Below are positions 38,058-50,435 of a stretch of DNA of 64,000 nucleotides, piece by piece. The first letter of the stretch is position 1, and each line of letters opens with the position of its first letter. The stretch is from Dendrobates tinctorius (Eukaryota). The translations under genes were made by a program, and so were the position numbers. Below the pieces are notes generated by a model. That model was not told where the DNA came from. It saw only the letters and a program-made list of their open reading frames with translations, and made no database searches. The stretch covers positions 17,422,001 to 17,486,000 of the forward strand of contig NW_027361695.1 in assembly GCF_039654945.1 (NCBI RefSeq), in the 5' to 3' direction.

Positions 38058-41000
38058 ATTCAGACATAGCTAGGGGGAGCATTTATGCAGGGGTGGCATT
38101 TATGCACATGTTATCGAAGTACATGTATCAAAGTACTTCTGGCAGTTATAACATGGCAGTTAGACAGGACAGGAGACAGGTAAGACATTTATATACAGCT
38201 ACTCTCTGTACATTTGGAGTACAACAAATATATACCATATGCATTTGTGTAATTTATATCCTGGCCGCTGCATTCACACACATCCACCGCCCTGGCATTA
38301 ACTCTCCACACTCCATCCATATTGGCCCCTCGCTCCTTTCCTCTCCTATGTATAGCACTCATGCTCTTTTCACATTGTTAAATTGCACAGATCCAGCCAG
38401 TCCCACCATTCAACACCAGAGACGCTCTCACAAATCACTTAACCATCTGCTCACTCTTTCTATCCTCCTTCTCCTAGTTGCAGGAGACATTGCTCCCAAC
38501 CCTGGTCCCCCATGTTATAGAAAGTCAAACCCCCCCACTGCTACACTCAGAAACCCCTCTAATCTTATTAATATTCCCTGCATGCCATCTGTCTCTCTTA
38601 ATTGTGCACTTTGGAATTCTCGCTCAGTGTGTAACAAACTCTCCTTCATTCATGACTTCTTCCTTTCTAATTCTCTTAACCTTCTGGCTCTTACTGAAAC
38701 CTGGATCCAGCAGTCAGATACTACCGCTGCTGCTGCTCTTTCATACGGGGGGCTACACTTCTCTCATACCCCAAGATCAGACAATAGAGCTGGTGGAGGC
38801 GTTGGTCTGCTCCTATCACCAAAATGTACCTTTCAGGTTATCCCTCAACTACCCTCACTTGTCTTCCCTTCTTTTGAGGTCCATGCCGTCAGACTCTACA
38901 CCCCCTTCTCCATGCGAGTGGCGGTGGTATATCGTCCTCCCGGCCCCTCCCATCAGTTCCTGGATCATTTTGCCACTTGGCTTCCACATTTTCTCTCCTG
39001 TGACATCCCTACCCTCATCATGGGAGATTTCAACATCCCCATTGCTCTTCCCCTCTCCCCATCTGCTACTCACCTTTTATCTCTAACCTCCTCATTTGGC
39101 CTTTCGCAGCTTACTAATTCTCCAACGCATGAAGACGGAAACTCCCTCGACTTGGTCTTCTCTCGGCTTTGTGCAGTGGATGATTTTGCAAACTCCCCTC
39201 TCCCGCTCTCTGACCACAATCTTCTTTCATTCTCTATAAAGAACTGCCAGGCTGCTCAGGTCACCCCCACTGTCCAGACTTATAGAAACACACAGGCCAT
39301 TAACACCCAGAAACTTCTGAAGAACTTGCAGTCTTCATTGGCCCCTATCTCCTCCCTCTCATGTCCTGATTCTGCTTTGAAGCATTACAATGAAACACTT
39401 CAAACTGCCCTGGATGAATTTGCACCCCCTATAAATAGAACACCACAACGCAGACGGCGACAACCCTGGCACACGGTGCAAACACGTTTCCTGCAGCGGT
39501 GCTCCAGGTGCGCCGAACGTCTGTGGAGAAAATCCAATCTACACGAAGATTTCATCCATTTTAAGTTTATGCTTAGAACATACAACACTGCCCTTCACCT
39601 CTCCAAACAAACCTATTTCAACACCCTCATCATCTCACTGTCCAATAACCCGAAACGTCTCTTTGACACTTTTCATTCTCTACTCAATCCAAGAGTACAG
39701 GCCCCAACCACTGAGCTCCGAGCTGACGATCTGGCCAATTACTTCAAAGAAAAAATTGACCAGATCCGACAGGAAATTATCTCCAAATCCCCTCATACCA
39801 TGCACTGTCCTCCCTCCCCCACTGCATCTAACTCACTCTCTGATTTTGAACCAGTCACAGAAGAAGAAGTAAGCAGGCTCCTTGCATCTTCTCGCCCAAC
39901 TACTTGCACCAGTGACCCATTTCCGTCACATCTCCTCCAGTCCCTTTCCCCTGCTGTCACCCCTCACCTAACTAAAATATTTAACCTCTCTCTCTCTTCT
40001 GGTATTTTTCCCTCCTCATTTAAGCATGCCATCATACATCCACTACTTAAAAAACCATCCCTCGACCAAAATTGTGCCGCTAACTATAGACCTGTCTCTA
40101 ATCTTCCCTTCATCTCTAAACTCCTGGAACGCCTGGTCCACTCCCGTCTTATCCGCTATCTCTCAGAAAACTCTGTTCTCGACCCTCTCCAATCCGGTTT
40201 CCGCTCTTTACACTCCACTGAAACTGCCCTCACTAAAGTCTCTAATGATCTGCTAACAGCTAAATCAAATGGTCATTACTCCATGCTAATTCTCTTGGAT
40301 CTCTCTGCAGCATTCGACACTGTGGATCATCAGCTCCTCCTCACTATGCTCCGTTCCATTGGCCTCAAGGACACCGTTCTCTCCTGGTTCTCCTCCTATC
40401 TCTCCGACCGCTCCTTTACTGTTTCTTTTGCCGGTTCCTCCTCCTCTCACCTTCCCCTTACTGTTGGGGTTCCTCAAGGATCGGTTCTAGGCCCCCTCCT
40501 CTTCTCCTTGTACACTGCCCCTATTGGTCAAACAATCAGCAGATTTGGTTTCCAGTACCATCTCTATGCTGATGACACCCAATTATACGCTTCTTCTCCT
40601 GACATCACGCCAGCCTTTCTAGAAAACACTGGCGATTGTCTAAACGCTGTGTCTAATATCATGTCCTCACTATATCTGAAACTGAACCTATCAAAGACTG
40701 AACTCCTTGTGTTTCCTCCCGCTACTAATGTACCTACACCCGACATTGCCATTTCCGTCTGTGGTTCCACTATTACTCCCCAGCAACATGCCCGCTGTCT
40801 TGGGGTCATACTTGATTCCGAGCTTTCCTTTGCCCCCCACATTCGATCACTGGCTCGCTCTTGTCATCTGCACCTCAAAAACATTTCTAGAATTCGACCT
40901 TTTCTTACTTTTGACTCTGCAAAAACTCCTACTGTTTCTCTTATTCATTCTCGTCTCGACTATTGTAACTCTCTTCTAATCGGTCTCCCTCTTACAAAAC

Positions 41001-41755
41001 TCTCCCCTCTCCAATCTGTCTTGAATGCTGCAGCCAGGATCATATTCCTCACCAATCGTTACACCGATGCCTCTACCTTGTGCCAGTCATTACACTGGCT
41101 ACCCATCCACTCCAGAATTCAGTATAAACTTATTACCCTCACCCACAAAGCCCTCCATGGCTCAGCACCACCCTACATCTCCTCCCTTGTTTCAGTATAC
41201 CACCCTACCCGCGCCCTCCGTTCTGCTGATGACCTGAGGTTAGTATCCTCAATAGTCAGAACCTCCCACTCCCGTCTCCAAGACTTTACACGTGCCGCGC
41301 CAATTCTTTGGAATGCACTTCCCAGGTCAATACGATTAGTCCCCAGTCCCCACAATTTTAAGCGTGTCCTGAAAACGCATTTATTCAGACTGGCCTATCG
41401 CCTCAACACATTAACCTAACCTATCCCTGTGTGGCAGAGCCAAAAATTTTACCATAACCAGGTTCCCAGCATCATGTTCCCACATGCTTTATGCATCCAT
41501 TAGCCCTCTGTGTCTGTACTGTTACACACTTAACATTATGGCTGGTCCATACAATCAGGGCAACTGTTACCACCCACCTTTCGTGTCTACCTCTTTCCTC
41601 ATAGACTGTAAGCTTGCGAGCAGGGCCCTCACTCCTCTTGGTATTTGTTATAATCTACTGTATGTGATTATTGTTATGCTGTAATGTCTATTGTCTGTAC
41701 AAATCCCCTCTGAAATGTAAAGTGCTGCGGAATATGTCGGCGCTATAAAAATAAA

Positions 41756-41786
<31 letters not shown>
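38058..41786 (+). mobile_element. L2-clade LINE, apparently intact ORF2-type element (5' boundary approximate)
   Basis: Long uninterrupted APE+RT ORF, then a 3' UTR ending in the L2 stem-loop tail aaagtgctgcggaatatgtcggcgctataaaaataaa and (TTA)n. Confidence 0.95.
38093..41419 (+). CDS. L2 retrotransposon polyprotein: 2A-like peptide, APE endonuclease, reverse transcriptase
   Basis: APE motifs ALWNSRS, LALTETW, GGGVGLL, VYRPP, MGDFN, LDLVF, SDH. RT motifs [51 protein letters not shown]. The true start is uncertain (the track start codon is GTG). Confidence 0.95.
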   Translation: MAFMHMLSKYMYQSTSGSYNMAVRQDRRQVRHLYTATLCTFGVQQIYTICICVIYILAAAFTHIHRPGINSPHSIHIGPSLLSSPMYSTHALFTLLNCTDPASPTIQHQRRSHKSLNHLLTLSILLLLVAGDIAPNPGPPCYRKSNPPTATLRNPSNLINIPCMPSVSLNCALWNSRSVCNKLSFIHDFFLSNSLNLLALTETWIQQSDTTAAAALSYGGLHFSHTPRSDNRAGGGVGLLLSPKCTFQVIPQLPSLVFPSFEVHAVRLYTPFSMRVAVVYRPPGPSHQFLDHFATWLPHFLSCDIPTLIMGDFNIPIALPLSPSATHLLSLTSSFGLSQLTNSPTHEDGNSLDLVFSRLCAVDDFANSPLPLSDHNLLSFSIKNCQAAQVTPTVQTYRNTQAINTQKLLKNLQSSLAPISSLSCPDSALKHYNETLQTALDEFAPPINRTPQRRRRQPWHTVQTRFLQRCSRCAERLWRKSNLHEDFIHFKFMLRTYNTALHLSKQTYFNTLIISLSNNPKRLFDTFHSLLNPRVQAPTTELRADDLANYFKEKIDQIRQEIISKSPHTMHCPPSPTASNSLSDFEPVTEEEVSRLLASSRPTTCTSDPFPSHLLQSLSPAVTPHLTKIFNLSLSSGIFPSSFKHAIIHPLLKKPSLDQNCAANYRPVSNLPFISKLLERLVHSRLIRYLSENSVLDPLQSGFRSLHSTETALTKVSNDLLTAKSNGHYSMLILLDLSAAFDTVDHQLLLTMLRSIGLKDTVLSWFSSYLSDRSFTVSFAGSSSSHLPLTVGVPQGSVLGPLLFSLYTAPIGQTISRFGFQYHLYADDTQLYASSPDITPAFLENTGDCLNAVSNIMSSLYLKLNLSKTELLVFPPATNVPTPDIAISVCGSTITPQQHARCLGVILDSELSFAPHIRSLARSCHLHLKNISRIRPFLTFDSAKTPTVSLIHSRLDYCNSLLIGLPLTKLSPLQSVLNAAARIIFLTNRYTDASTLCQSLHWLPIHSRIQYKLITLTHKALHGSAPPYISSLVSVYHPTRALRSADDLRLVSSIVRTSHSRLQDFTRAAPILWNALPRSIRLVPSPHNFKRVLKTHLFRLAYRLNTLT

Positions 41787-42917
41787 GGACACGTCCACTT
41801 TACACCCTCAGGAGCGTTTCTGACCTCCTGTTCTCCATCCTTAGACATTATTATTGAGTCGGTCCCTTTGCAGATATAACAGCTCCCGCGCCTCTGGGAA
41901 GTTCTACAAGATTTTGGAGAGGTCTGTTGAAATTTTTGCTCCTTCATTCAGAATAGCATTTGTGAGGTCAGACCCTGATGTTGGGGGGAGGCAAGGCTCA
42001 CAATCTTTTACAATCTTTATTGTCCACCTCCGACAAATGGAACGCCCCGATTGAACTCAATTGAAAATACGGTTGTGTGGATTTAGCCCTAATATGGAGG
42101 CTTGTACTCGTAACATTTGCAAATCCAAAGTTACAGACCTCATTTTCTGAAATCCTACTAGTGAGATATTTGACATTCCTTTCGCCTCCTCTTTACTCCA
42201 ATGTCAGGACGTGAACTGCTTACTATTCTACCAATTTGGCGCCGGATGCCGGTCCTTGGCCTTTGCATGTTGATTGTATTGATTGCAGCTCAAAGCCTTG
42301 ATGACGCATAACTAAGTGTCTTTAATTAATCAAAATATGCCTCATTAGTTTTCCCTCTGGACTGAGGAGATAAACAGTAAGCTAATTCATGACATCCGAG
42401 GTCATTTCCAAACATATGTGCCGAGCGGTGCAATCATACTCCTACACCAGCCTCAGCTTTCCTGCTAGTCATCGCCACATTGAGATACTTTTTCGTAGAC
42501 TCATCAGTTGGGATTACCAGTAATAGACTGTAAATGGATCATTGAACACTCTTTGTGGATTCACCGAGGGTTGGACCACCGGGACCCCCCATTAGTAAAG
42601 TGGGTCTGTTGCTTTGTTTTTATGCCTCCCACTGAGCTGTAATGCTTGACTACTGCTCACTGTAGTTGTAGGTGAGGGGACTCAGGACCACCATACTGGT
42701 GATCTAATATGTACCGCAAATCCTCTAAATAAGTGCTAAATATTCATCATGAGAACTGACCTTGAATTTGCATTAAATGGTGAGCAAATTTGTTTATTCT
42801 TATCTTGTAACAATCCTGAGTCACAGACTGTATTCTCGCCCAGAGATGCATTTATAATTCTGCAGGCTTCAGAGCTGTAATCTCCCAGCATTTCTTGTTG
42901 AGTTACAAATGTGCACT

Positions 42918-43060
42918 ATAATAATAATAATAATAATCTTTATTTTTATATAGCGCTAACATATTCCGCAGCGCTTTACAGTTTGCACACATTTTTTCAT
43001 CACTGTCCCCGATGGGGCTCACAATCTATATATTCCCTAGTCAGTATGTCTTTGGAGTGT

Positions 43061-43091
<31 letters not shown>

Positions 43092-43130
43092 CCGCAAACA
43101 CGGGGAGAACATACAAACTCCTTGCAGATG
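42918..43130 (-). mobile_element. 5'-truncated SINE of the same family as 1593-1830
   Basis: Reverse complement of the V-like core and the L2-type tail with (TTA)n. Confidence 0.85.
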
Positions 43131-43766
43131 TTTTTTCACCCGACTACATACCTGGCTCTGATGTAAGAAAACCTTTGTTTCCCCCTTCATTAGGATGGAT
43201 CAGCTAAGCAGAATGTATCCGACCATAGGCTTGCTGATTGTTTCCTTTAATGATCAGGAAAATGGAAACTGCACCTCCAGGCTTTAATGCAAACTTAAAT
43301 TTACTATATGATCAGTGCAAAATAGATTACTCAAAATCTAGAATATATGTGCATATATACTGTAAAGTAGGGCTTACATGTGACCATACCCTTTAAACGG
43401 AACCAGTCACAGGGAAAATGCAGTCAGAGCTGCAAGCAACAAGATATGGAGCAGAAAGAGCTGAGCAGATTACAATGAGATGTTTTAATGTTACTCGACC
43501 AACCTATAACTGGCCATACCACATGAGATCGTTGTGAGACGTATGTGTTTTTTTGGCCAACAGCAATCTCTTCCAATCCCACCATACACGTGATCAGGTG
43601 TTGAAACTTCTCTCCCCCGACATCAGGAATAGTCAGTAGTCCCCCATACACACCATATGATTGTCCAGCCTCCTTGAAATCAGCAGTATTGGTCCTCTCC
43701 TCTTTTACTTAAGGTGTATGGTGGTCTCCCAACACAAACCCTACAATGAGTTTATCCTTTGTTTAA

Positions 43767-44115
43767 AGGGAAACTCTCAGCAGCATTTCACACCCCAAAC
43801 TATTTATATGCGCATGGAGCTCTTTCAATGACAAGTCTAGCCATGCCTTTACATGGCCAGTCCCTTCCTTGGTCTCTGAGAAATCAGCATTTGAGTTGAT
43901 ATGCAAATGAGGCTGAAGGACTATGATAGATCAGAAGCCTCTGTCACTCCAGCTCTATTGCTTGCACAGCCTCATTTGCATATAAATTTTAACACTGATT
44001 TCTCAGTAAAGGAGAAAGGGACCGGCCATGTAAAGGCATTGCTGGACTTGTCTTTGAAAGAGCTACATGCGCATATAAATAGTTTGGGTTGTGAAATCCT
44101 GATGATAGATTCCCT
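43767..44115. mobile_element. TTAA-class palindromic MITE
   Basis: ttaa|agggaaactctcagcagcatttcaca...tgtgaaatcctgatgatagattccct|ttaa. Confidence 0.8.
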
Positions 44116-44796
44116 TTAACTGCCTATCCGGTTGAGCTTTTCTCCACAAAAAATGACAATTGTTATCTCATGAAAAACAGTGAGAGGCTGTCAGGATCCT
44201 CCCCATTTATTGCCAAAATATTAATATTATCCATTTATGCTTGTATCAATTCCTTTCTGATGTATTGTACTTTTTATTGTTCTTTGATAGTTTGTAGATT
44301 TCTGCTTAGAACATGATGAATGACATGGAAATTAGTTTGCTTTCCACAGAAATATTGAAGCAGGGACACAACGGTGTGTTAGCCATGATACACGCAATAA
44401 AACTCTCCTTACAAAGCAACTTACAGTTGTAGTTTGCCTTGCGTTTGTCGGCCTGTCAGCATCCCCGCAAGCAGCCGGCGATGATCTGAAGGAATCCTGG
44501 TGTTGATCATTACCATGTTGCTAAAGTGTCTTCGCAAGTGTCATGTTAGGCGTTCACAGTTTAAGACAGCTTTGTTATTCAGACTTGAGTCACACTTTCG
44601 ACTGTGACATGTTGAGAATGGGTGCCAAGGAACAAATCAAAATGAAAAGTAAAAAAAAAAATACAAATAAATTGCAATATAGTCTAGTAGTGGATTTTTT
44701 TTTTACCACTTTCCCTTTCACACTACGGAGGTGGCAATGTAAGCTCAGCCAATTGCACAAGGAGCCATTTTACCTGACCATAAAGGATTAATATAG

Positions 44797-45893
44797 TGTG
44801 GGAGAGAGGGTCCCCGCCGAGTGTCTGCGTCGGAACCAAGGGGACCGTCACCTAGGTTCCGGGGGAAACTGTTCCCGGGGGACAGAGTACAGGGACAGAC
44901 CGGTAAGACTGACAGATGGGCTGGGGGAGGAGCCGGTATAACAGGGGCGGGGAATGAGAGTCACAGTGAGTCAGCAGAATGGACAGAAGGAGCAGGAGAC
45001 CGTGGGAGCGACTGAGAGCCAGAGCGACTCACCGGAGCCAGGAAGGAGGCCAGAGACAGGAGAGATACTCCCCTGGACATCAGTGGGACGGCGCCGAGAC
45101 GACTGTCCGAGAATCGCTGCCTTGCGTCGACCAGCGGCCGCTGCCGCCTTACTCCGGCCCGTGGCTGTGGCCTGCCCGCGGCCACCAGCAGCCGCTGCCA
45201 CCTTCCTCCGGCCCGCGGCTGTGGCCTGCCTGTGGTCACTCGCAGCCGTTGTCGCCTCGCTCCTGCCCGCGGCTGCGGCCTGCCAACGGACACCAGCGCC
45301 CGCTGCCGCCTCACTTCAGCCCGCGGCTGCTGCCTGTCTTCCGCCGCTCGCAGACGGCCCGCTTCTACCCGTGGCTGCGGCTAGTTCTGTGCCGCGGGTC
45401 CTCCGTTGCAGTCGCTGGCTGTGCAGGTGGCCTGCCAGCCGCCACCCTGCATCACTGCTGCTTGCTCCTATCCGGGGGCTGTGGCCCATCTGTCCAAGGA
45501 CTCCTCCAGGGCCTGTTGTGCCCCTGCTTCACCGGAGCGTTGGAACGCTCGAAGACTGCGACAGATCTTCAGCGGCTGGGCCCAGCGGCTGCTACGCCGA
45601 AGAACCATCGTCCGGGACGCCGAGGGACGTCGAGCCGGTTAAGTGACACTATATAGTTAAGGAACCGTAGTCGGCCATACCGCGGCCCTATAGTGAGCAG
45701 CTTTGCCGGACTTAGTTCTTAGATTTCCGTGTTGGCTTGTATTGAGTCCCTGCGAGGACAATTCCTGTTATTTTGTTGGGTTGCTTAGACTTTCCCTGCA
45801 AATAGTTACCTATAAACCTATAAAAGTTGTTACCAAAACCACAAAACCATCTTGTGTCTCGACACTGCATCCTGCGTACCTGCTAGTACCACA
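44797..45893. mobile_element. GC/CpG-rich solo LTR with internal ~51-bp tandem repeats
   Basis: tgtgg...ccaca termini; TSD atag/atac; repeats at about 45133-45340. Confidence 0.7.
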
Positions 45894-46098
45894 ATACTTT
45901 AGGATATAACTTCAGGATGGTGAAGTGCCTGCCATGTACTTCTTTGGGGCAGAAGTATTTAAAATGAGTTTGATCTTTTTAAGATATTGAAAACCACTGT
46001 TACTTGCAACCAATTTGTATTTTTCACATGTGACGAAATTGGAACCATCGCCTATATGTTAAAAGCAAATCAAAGAGAACCTCACGGAGCAACACTTA

Positions 46099-46504
46099 GG
46101 GTACCGTTACACCTAGTGATGCACCAGCGATCCCGACCAGCGATATGACGTGGTCAGGATCGCTGGTGCATCGCTAGGTGGTCGCTAGTGAGCTGCCACT
46201 CAGGCAGATCTCACTAGCGACATCGCTGGGGACAGGGATCGCTACTTACCTGTCAGACGCGGCGATCCTGTGTCCTCCCGCCCGGCTCCACGCGTCGCTC
46301 GTCGTCACAGCAGGAAGCGCCGCAGGAAGTGACCGACGAGGAATGGTCCAGCAGCTTCTCGCGCGATCAGCGATTACCAGCGGGGGAGCCGGTCGGAGGT
46401 AAGTATCACATGCAGCGATATCGCTAGCAATATCGCTGCAACGTCACAAAATCGGTGACTTTGCAGCGATATTGCTAGCGATATCGCAGTGTGTAACGGG
46501 GGCT
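46099..46504. mobile_element. PIF/Harbinger-type MITE
   Basis: tta|gggtaccgttacac...gtgtaacgggggct|tta; internal agcgat/atcgct palindromes. Confidence 0.75.
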
Positions 46505-47634
46505 TTAGTAAGACATAGTCATATCTAGATTTGGTATATTGACTCACCTTCGGGAGTTGTCTTTGGAGCACCACACCTTCTCCAAAATACCCAGCGGGGC
46601 TTGGTCTTGGAACGGAAAGTATCATAGAAAAATTGAGGACATCACCCATAACTTGTCACTGTGCTAATGTGGAAATATGAACCATAGAGCAGCTTTACAT
46701 TTTCTGCCCCAAGTGATGGTATTCCAAAAACCAACACCTCTCCATGTCTCTCAAATTAATGGGGATATGGTGAGGGCTGGTTGAAGGATTTTCACTCTCT
46801 GCATCACTTTGTATCATTGGGTAGGGACACGACAGGCCCCGATGAACCGAGTATCTAGAGCTTGCATATCCAGTCCACTTTTTGGTGTCCAAATCTGTGT
46901 AAATGCAGTAATCCATTATTAATTGAGTAATAATATATGCTGTAAGCTCTGTATTCCTTGTCCGGATTTATCATACTCAAGGTCCCCATGCACATTAGAT
47001 GAAAGTCGGACCAATTTACCTTTTCAGCTGGACTAGCTGATATGAATCGGGCCTCTTGACTCTGTTGGGGAAAGAAGAGTGTCAAAAACATGGTGTGAGC
47101 TGACCTCTCTTGGTTATGGGAAAGTTGGAAGAGACAGCTGTCTCCTGAACTTGATGCTAGGAGCAACTTTTACACATTTTGTTCACCAATGACAGATTAG
47201 AATTGATAAACTCTTTTCTGCAAACGATATACCATTACATCCTGATGGCTCTGCTGCAATCACAATAGGACTTAAAGGTTTGTCCATTGAATGGTATGGG
47301 CACAGAAGCTGTACCCTCACTGCACAGAAGCTGTACCCACACCGCACAGAAGCTGGACCCACACCGCACAGAAGCTGTACCCACTCCATCAGAAGTTGAC
47401 TGTAATATATAGTTGACATCCCACCTCAAGGACCAGCATTGGACTTACCTTCCATAGTATCACTGTAATGGCCAATATAACCATACTCCTCAATGAATCT
47501 ATAAGGCAAAAAATTATCCCCTTAACACTATGATTTCCAACATTTCGTTCAGTACTGTGATCTTCATTGTCATCCCAAGCTTCATTCTGATTCAGAGCGC
47601 CAAATCCACTGCACATTTTGTATAACAAGTTATT

Positions 47635-48620
47635 TGTTAGGCGTCGGGTTCCTGCCACTGCACAGCAGGAATCCAGAGCCTTGCACTCGGCGGTCTCCCA
47701 ATCTGCTTCGGCCGCAGTGGAGCCTGCTCAGCAGACTCGTCTGTCCCAGCGCTCTTCCCAGATCAGCAGTGTGGGATCGGTTGCTGCTGCCACCTCTGGT
47801 TCAGGTATGACAATACAGCCTGGCCAGCAGCAAAAGACTCCAGAAGCTAAGTCCTTCCGTCGCTCCACTGAGCATGCTCATGGGACGATTCTACATTGAG
47901 GATCGGGAGTCACATGCTCAGGTCCTTCTCCAGTTCTGAATGGTCCATCAGGGGGATCTGGAAGGTTCTGGAAGGTCTCGGCTATAAAAGACTTGCATGG
48001 CCGCTCGGCCATGCGCTACTATAGACTCTAGTTGCTATATGTGTGGATGATGACGGATGCATGTACCTGGTGAATGACTTATTAAGATTCCCCTCCCTTG
48101 GATATTACGCATGTGGTTAGGGCATCAGTATTAGAGTCAGCGCCAGTCAGTGGCTAAGCTATAGGCCACAGTGCACATCAGTCCACTGCACTAGCGCCGA
48201 TGATGTCGCCTACTACAGGGCACTATTGTACCGCGGCAGTTACTATTGCTCCGCTGCAGTCAGCCTCAGTTAGCGGCGTTTGCGGTTGCGTCACCGCACG
48301 CTCAGTAGGTCTAGAAGGGCGCTGTCCCGTGTCCTTGAGTCCGAGTCCTGTGACCATATACTGAGTGTTAATCTCCCCCGAGCTCTGTGAGCTTGAACAG
48401 GCTCGGTATTTGTGTTTAGCGTTTCGGCGACTCTGTGAAGAACAGAGTTCGCCCTGTGCACAACGGGTGATGTTTAACCCGCGTGTGTTCCGCTATTATA
48501 CCACCATATTGAGCGTCCACCATTATCTAGCAGCAGTGTACCACCTCTGCACGGTGGACCCCGGGCTGCGAACGCACCTACTATTATTTTATAATTTGGT
48601 TTGTTCCGCCAGCCCTAACA
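47635..48620. mobile_element. Solo LTR inserted in the (TTA)n tail of an L2 fragment
   Basis: tgttagg...cctaaca termini; perfect 5-bp TSD TTATT. Confidence 0.85.
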
Positions 48621-48773
48621 TTATTATTATACATTTTTATAGCGCCATTTATTCCATGGCGCTTTACATGTGAAAAGGGTCAAATATAGACAAGTACAAT
48701 AAACATGAGCAATACAAGACACACATAAGTACAGAAGGAGAGAGGAGCCTACCCGCAAGGGCTCACAGTCTAC
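48621..48773 (-). mobile_element. 3' fragment of another L2 subfamily
   Basis: Minus strand reads gtagactgtgagcccttgcggg...tgtaaagcgccatggaataaatggcgctataaaaat + (ata)n, parallel to the L2 3' UTR at 41600-41786. Confidence 0.8.
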
Positions 48774-48883
48774 TATTATTCTGTATAACCTTGTCCTTTG
48801 AAAACACAACATAACAGCAAATGGTCCTTTGTCTTTTGAACACATATTTTCTGTGAAAACTAAAAACATTGTTGGCAAAACAT

Positions 48884-50435
48884 CAATTGTGTGAAAAAGC
48901 AATTGCCCCATCCGGATTTCCTATCAGTTTGCATGTTTGTCACACTGAAATGTTTCAGATCACCAAACAAATGTAAATATTAGACAAAAATAACACAAGT
49001 AAACAAAAAATGCTGTTTTCAAATTAAGGTCTTTATTATTAAGGGAAAAAGAAATCCAAACCTATGGGGCCTTGTGTGAAAAAGTGATCTCCCCCTTAAA
49101 ACATAAATTAACTATTGTTTATCACATATTTTGGAGGCTGAATTCAAATTTCCCAGCCACACCCAAGCCTGATTACTGACACACCTGTTCTCAATCAAGA
49201 AATTACTTAAAAGGGACCTGCCTGACAAAGTAATGTAGATCAAAAGATACTCAAAAGCTAGACATCATGCTGCAGTCCAAAGAAATTCTGGAAAAAATGA
49301 GAAAGTAACTGAGATCTATCAGCCTGGAAATGGTTATGAAGCCATTTCAAAAGCTTTGAGACTCCATGAAATGGCAGCGAGAGCCATTATCCACAAATGG
49401 CGAAAACATGGAACAGTGGTGTACCTTCCCAGGAGTGGCCAGCCGACCAAAATTATCCCAAGAGCACAGCAACAAATCATCCAAGAGGTCACAAAAGACC
49501 CCACACAACAACATCCAAAGAACTGTAGGCCTCACTTGCCTCAATTAAAGTCAGTGTTTGTGACTTCACCATAAGAAAGAGACTGAGCAAAAATGGCCTG
49601 CATGGCAGATTTCCAAGACGAATACCACTGCTGAGCAATAAAACAATAAAGGCTTGTCTTAGATTTGCCAGAAAACTTCTTGATCATATCCAAGATGAGA
49701 CAAAAGTTGAACTTTTTGGAAGGTGTATGTCCCATTACATCTGACATAGAAGAAACACAGCATTTCAAAAACTGAATATCATACCAATATTAAAATATGG
49801 TGGGGGTAGTGTGATGGTCTGGGGCTGTTTTGCTGCTTCAGGACCTAGAAAACTTGTTGTCTATAAAAAATCCTGAAGAAGAATGGCCATTTGTTCATGA
49901 CCTCAAGCTGAAGAACACTTGGATTATTCAGCAGGACAATGATTTAAAACACACAAGCAAGTCCACCTCTGAATGGCTTGCAAAAAACAAAATTAAGACT
50001 TTGGAGTGGCCTAGTCAAAGCCCTGACCTTAATCCGAATGGAATGCTGTGGCATGACCTTAAAAAGGCAGTTCATGCTCGGAAACTCTCCAATGTGGCTG
50101 AATTACAACAATTCTGCAAAGATGAGTGGGCCAAAATTCCTTCAGAGCTTTCTAAAAGACTAATTGACAGTTATTGCAAACGTTTGATTGCAGTTGTTGC
50201 TGCTAAGGGCGGCCCATTCATATTATGTATAGGGGACAATCACTTTTTCCCACAGGGCCCTGTAGGTTTAGATTTATTTTTTCCCTTTCATTAAAAAAAA
50301 CCTCATTTTGTATTTATTTGTGTTTTCTTTGTCTAATATTTAAATTTTGTCTGCTGATCTGAAACTTTTAACTGTGACAGCCATGCAAAAGAATAGGAAA
50401 TCAGGAAGGGGGCAAATACTTTTTCACACAAACTG
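48884..50435 (+). mobile_element. Full-length but inactivated Tc1-like transposon with long IR/DR-type TIRs
   Basis: TIRs caattgtgtgaaaaagcaattgcccc / ggggcaaatactttttcacacaaactg|ta; inner direct repeat at about 49074. Transposase from the ATG near 49267 includes RAIIHKWRKHGTV..LPRSG and QQDND...WPSQSPDLNP, with frameshifts. Confidence 0.9.

Noticed and set aside
42478-42513. Minus-strand CUGAUGA-gucuac-GAAA hammerhead-like core
   Set aside because: Stem II is only 2 bp, and stems I and III cannot be closed in type I or type III topology; likely chance.
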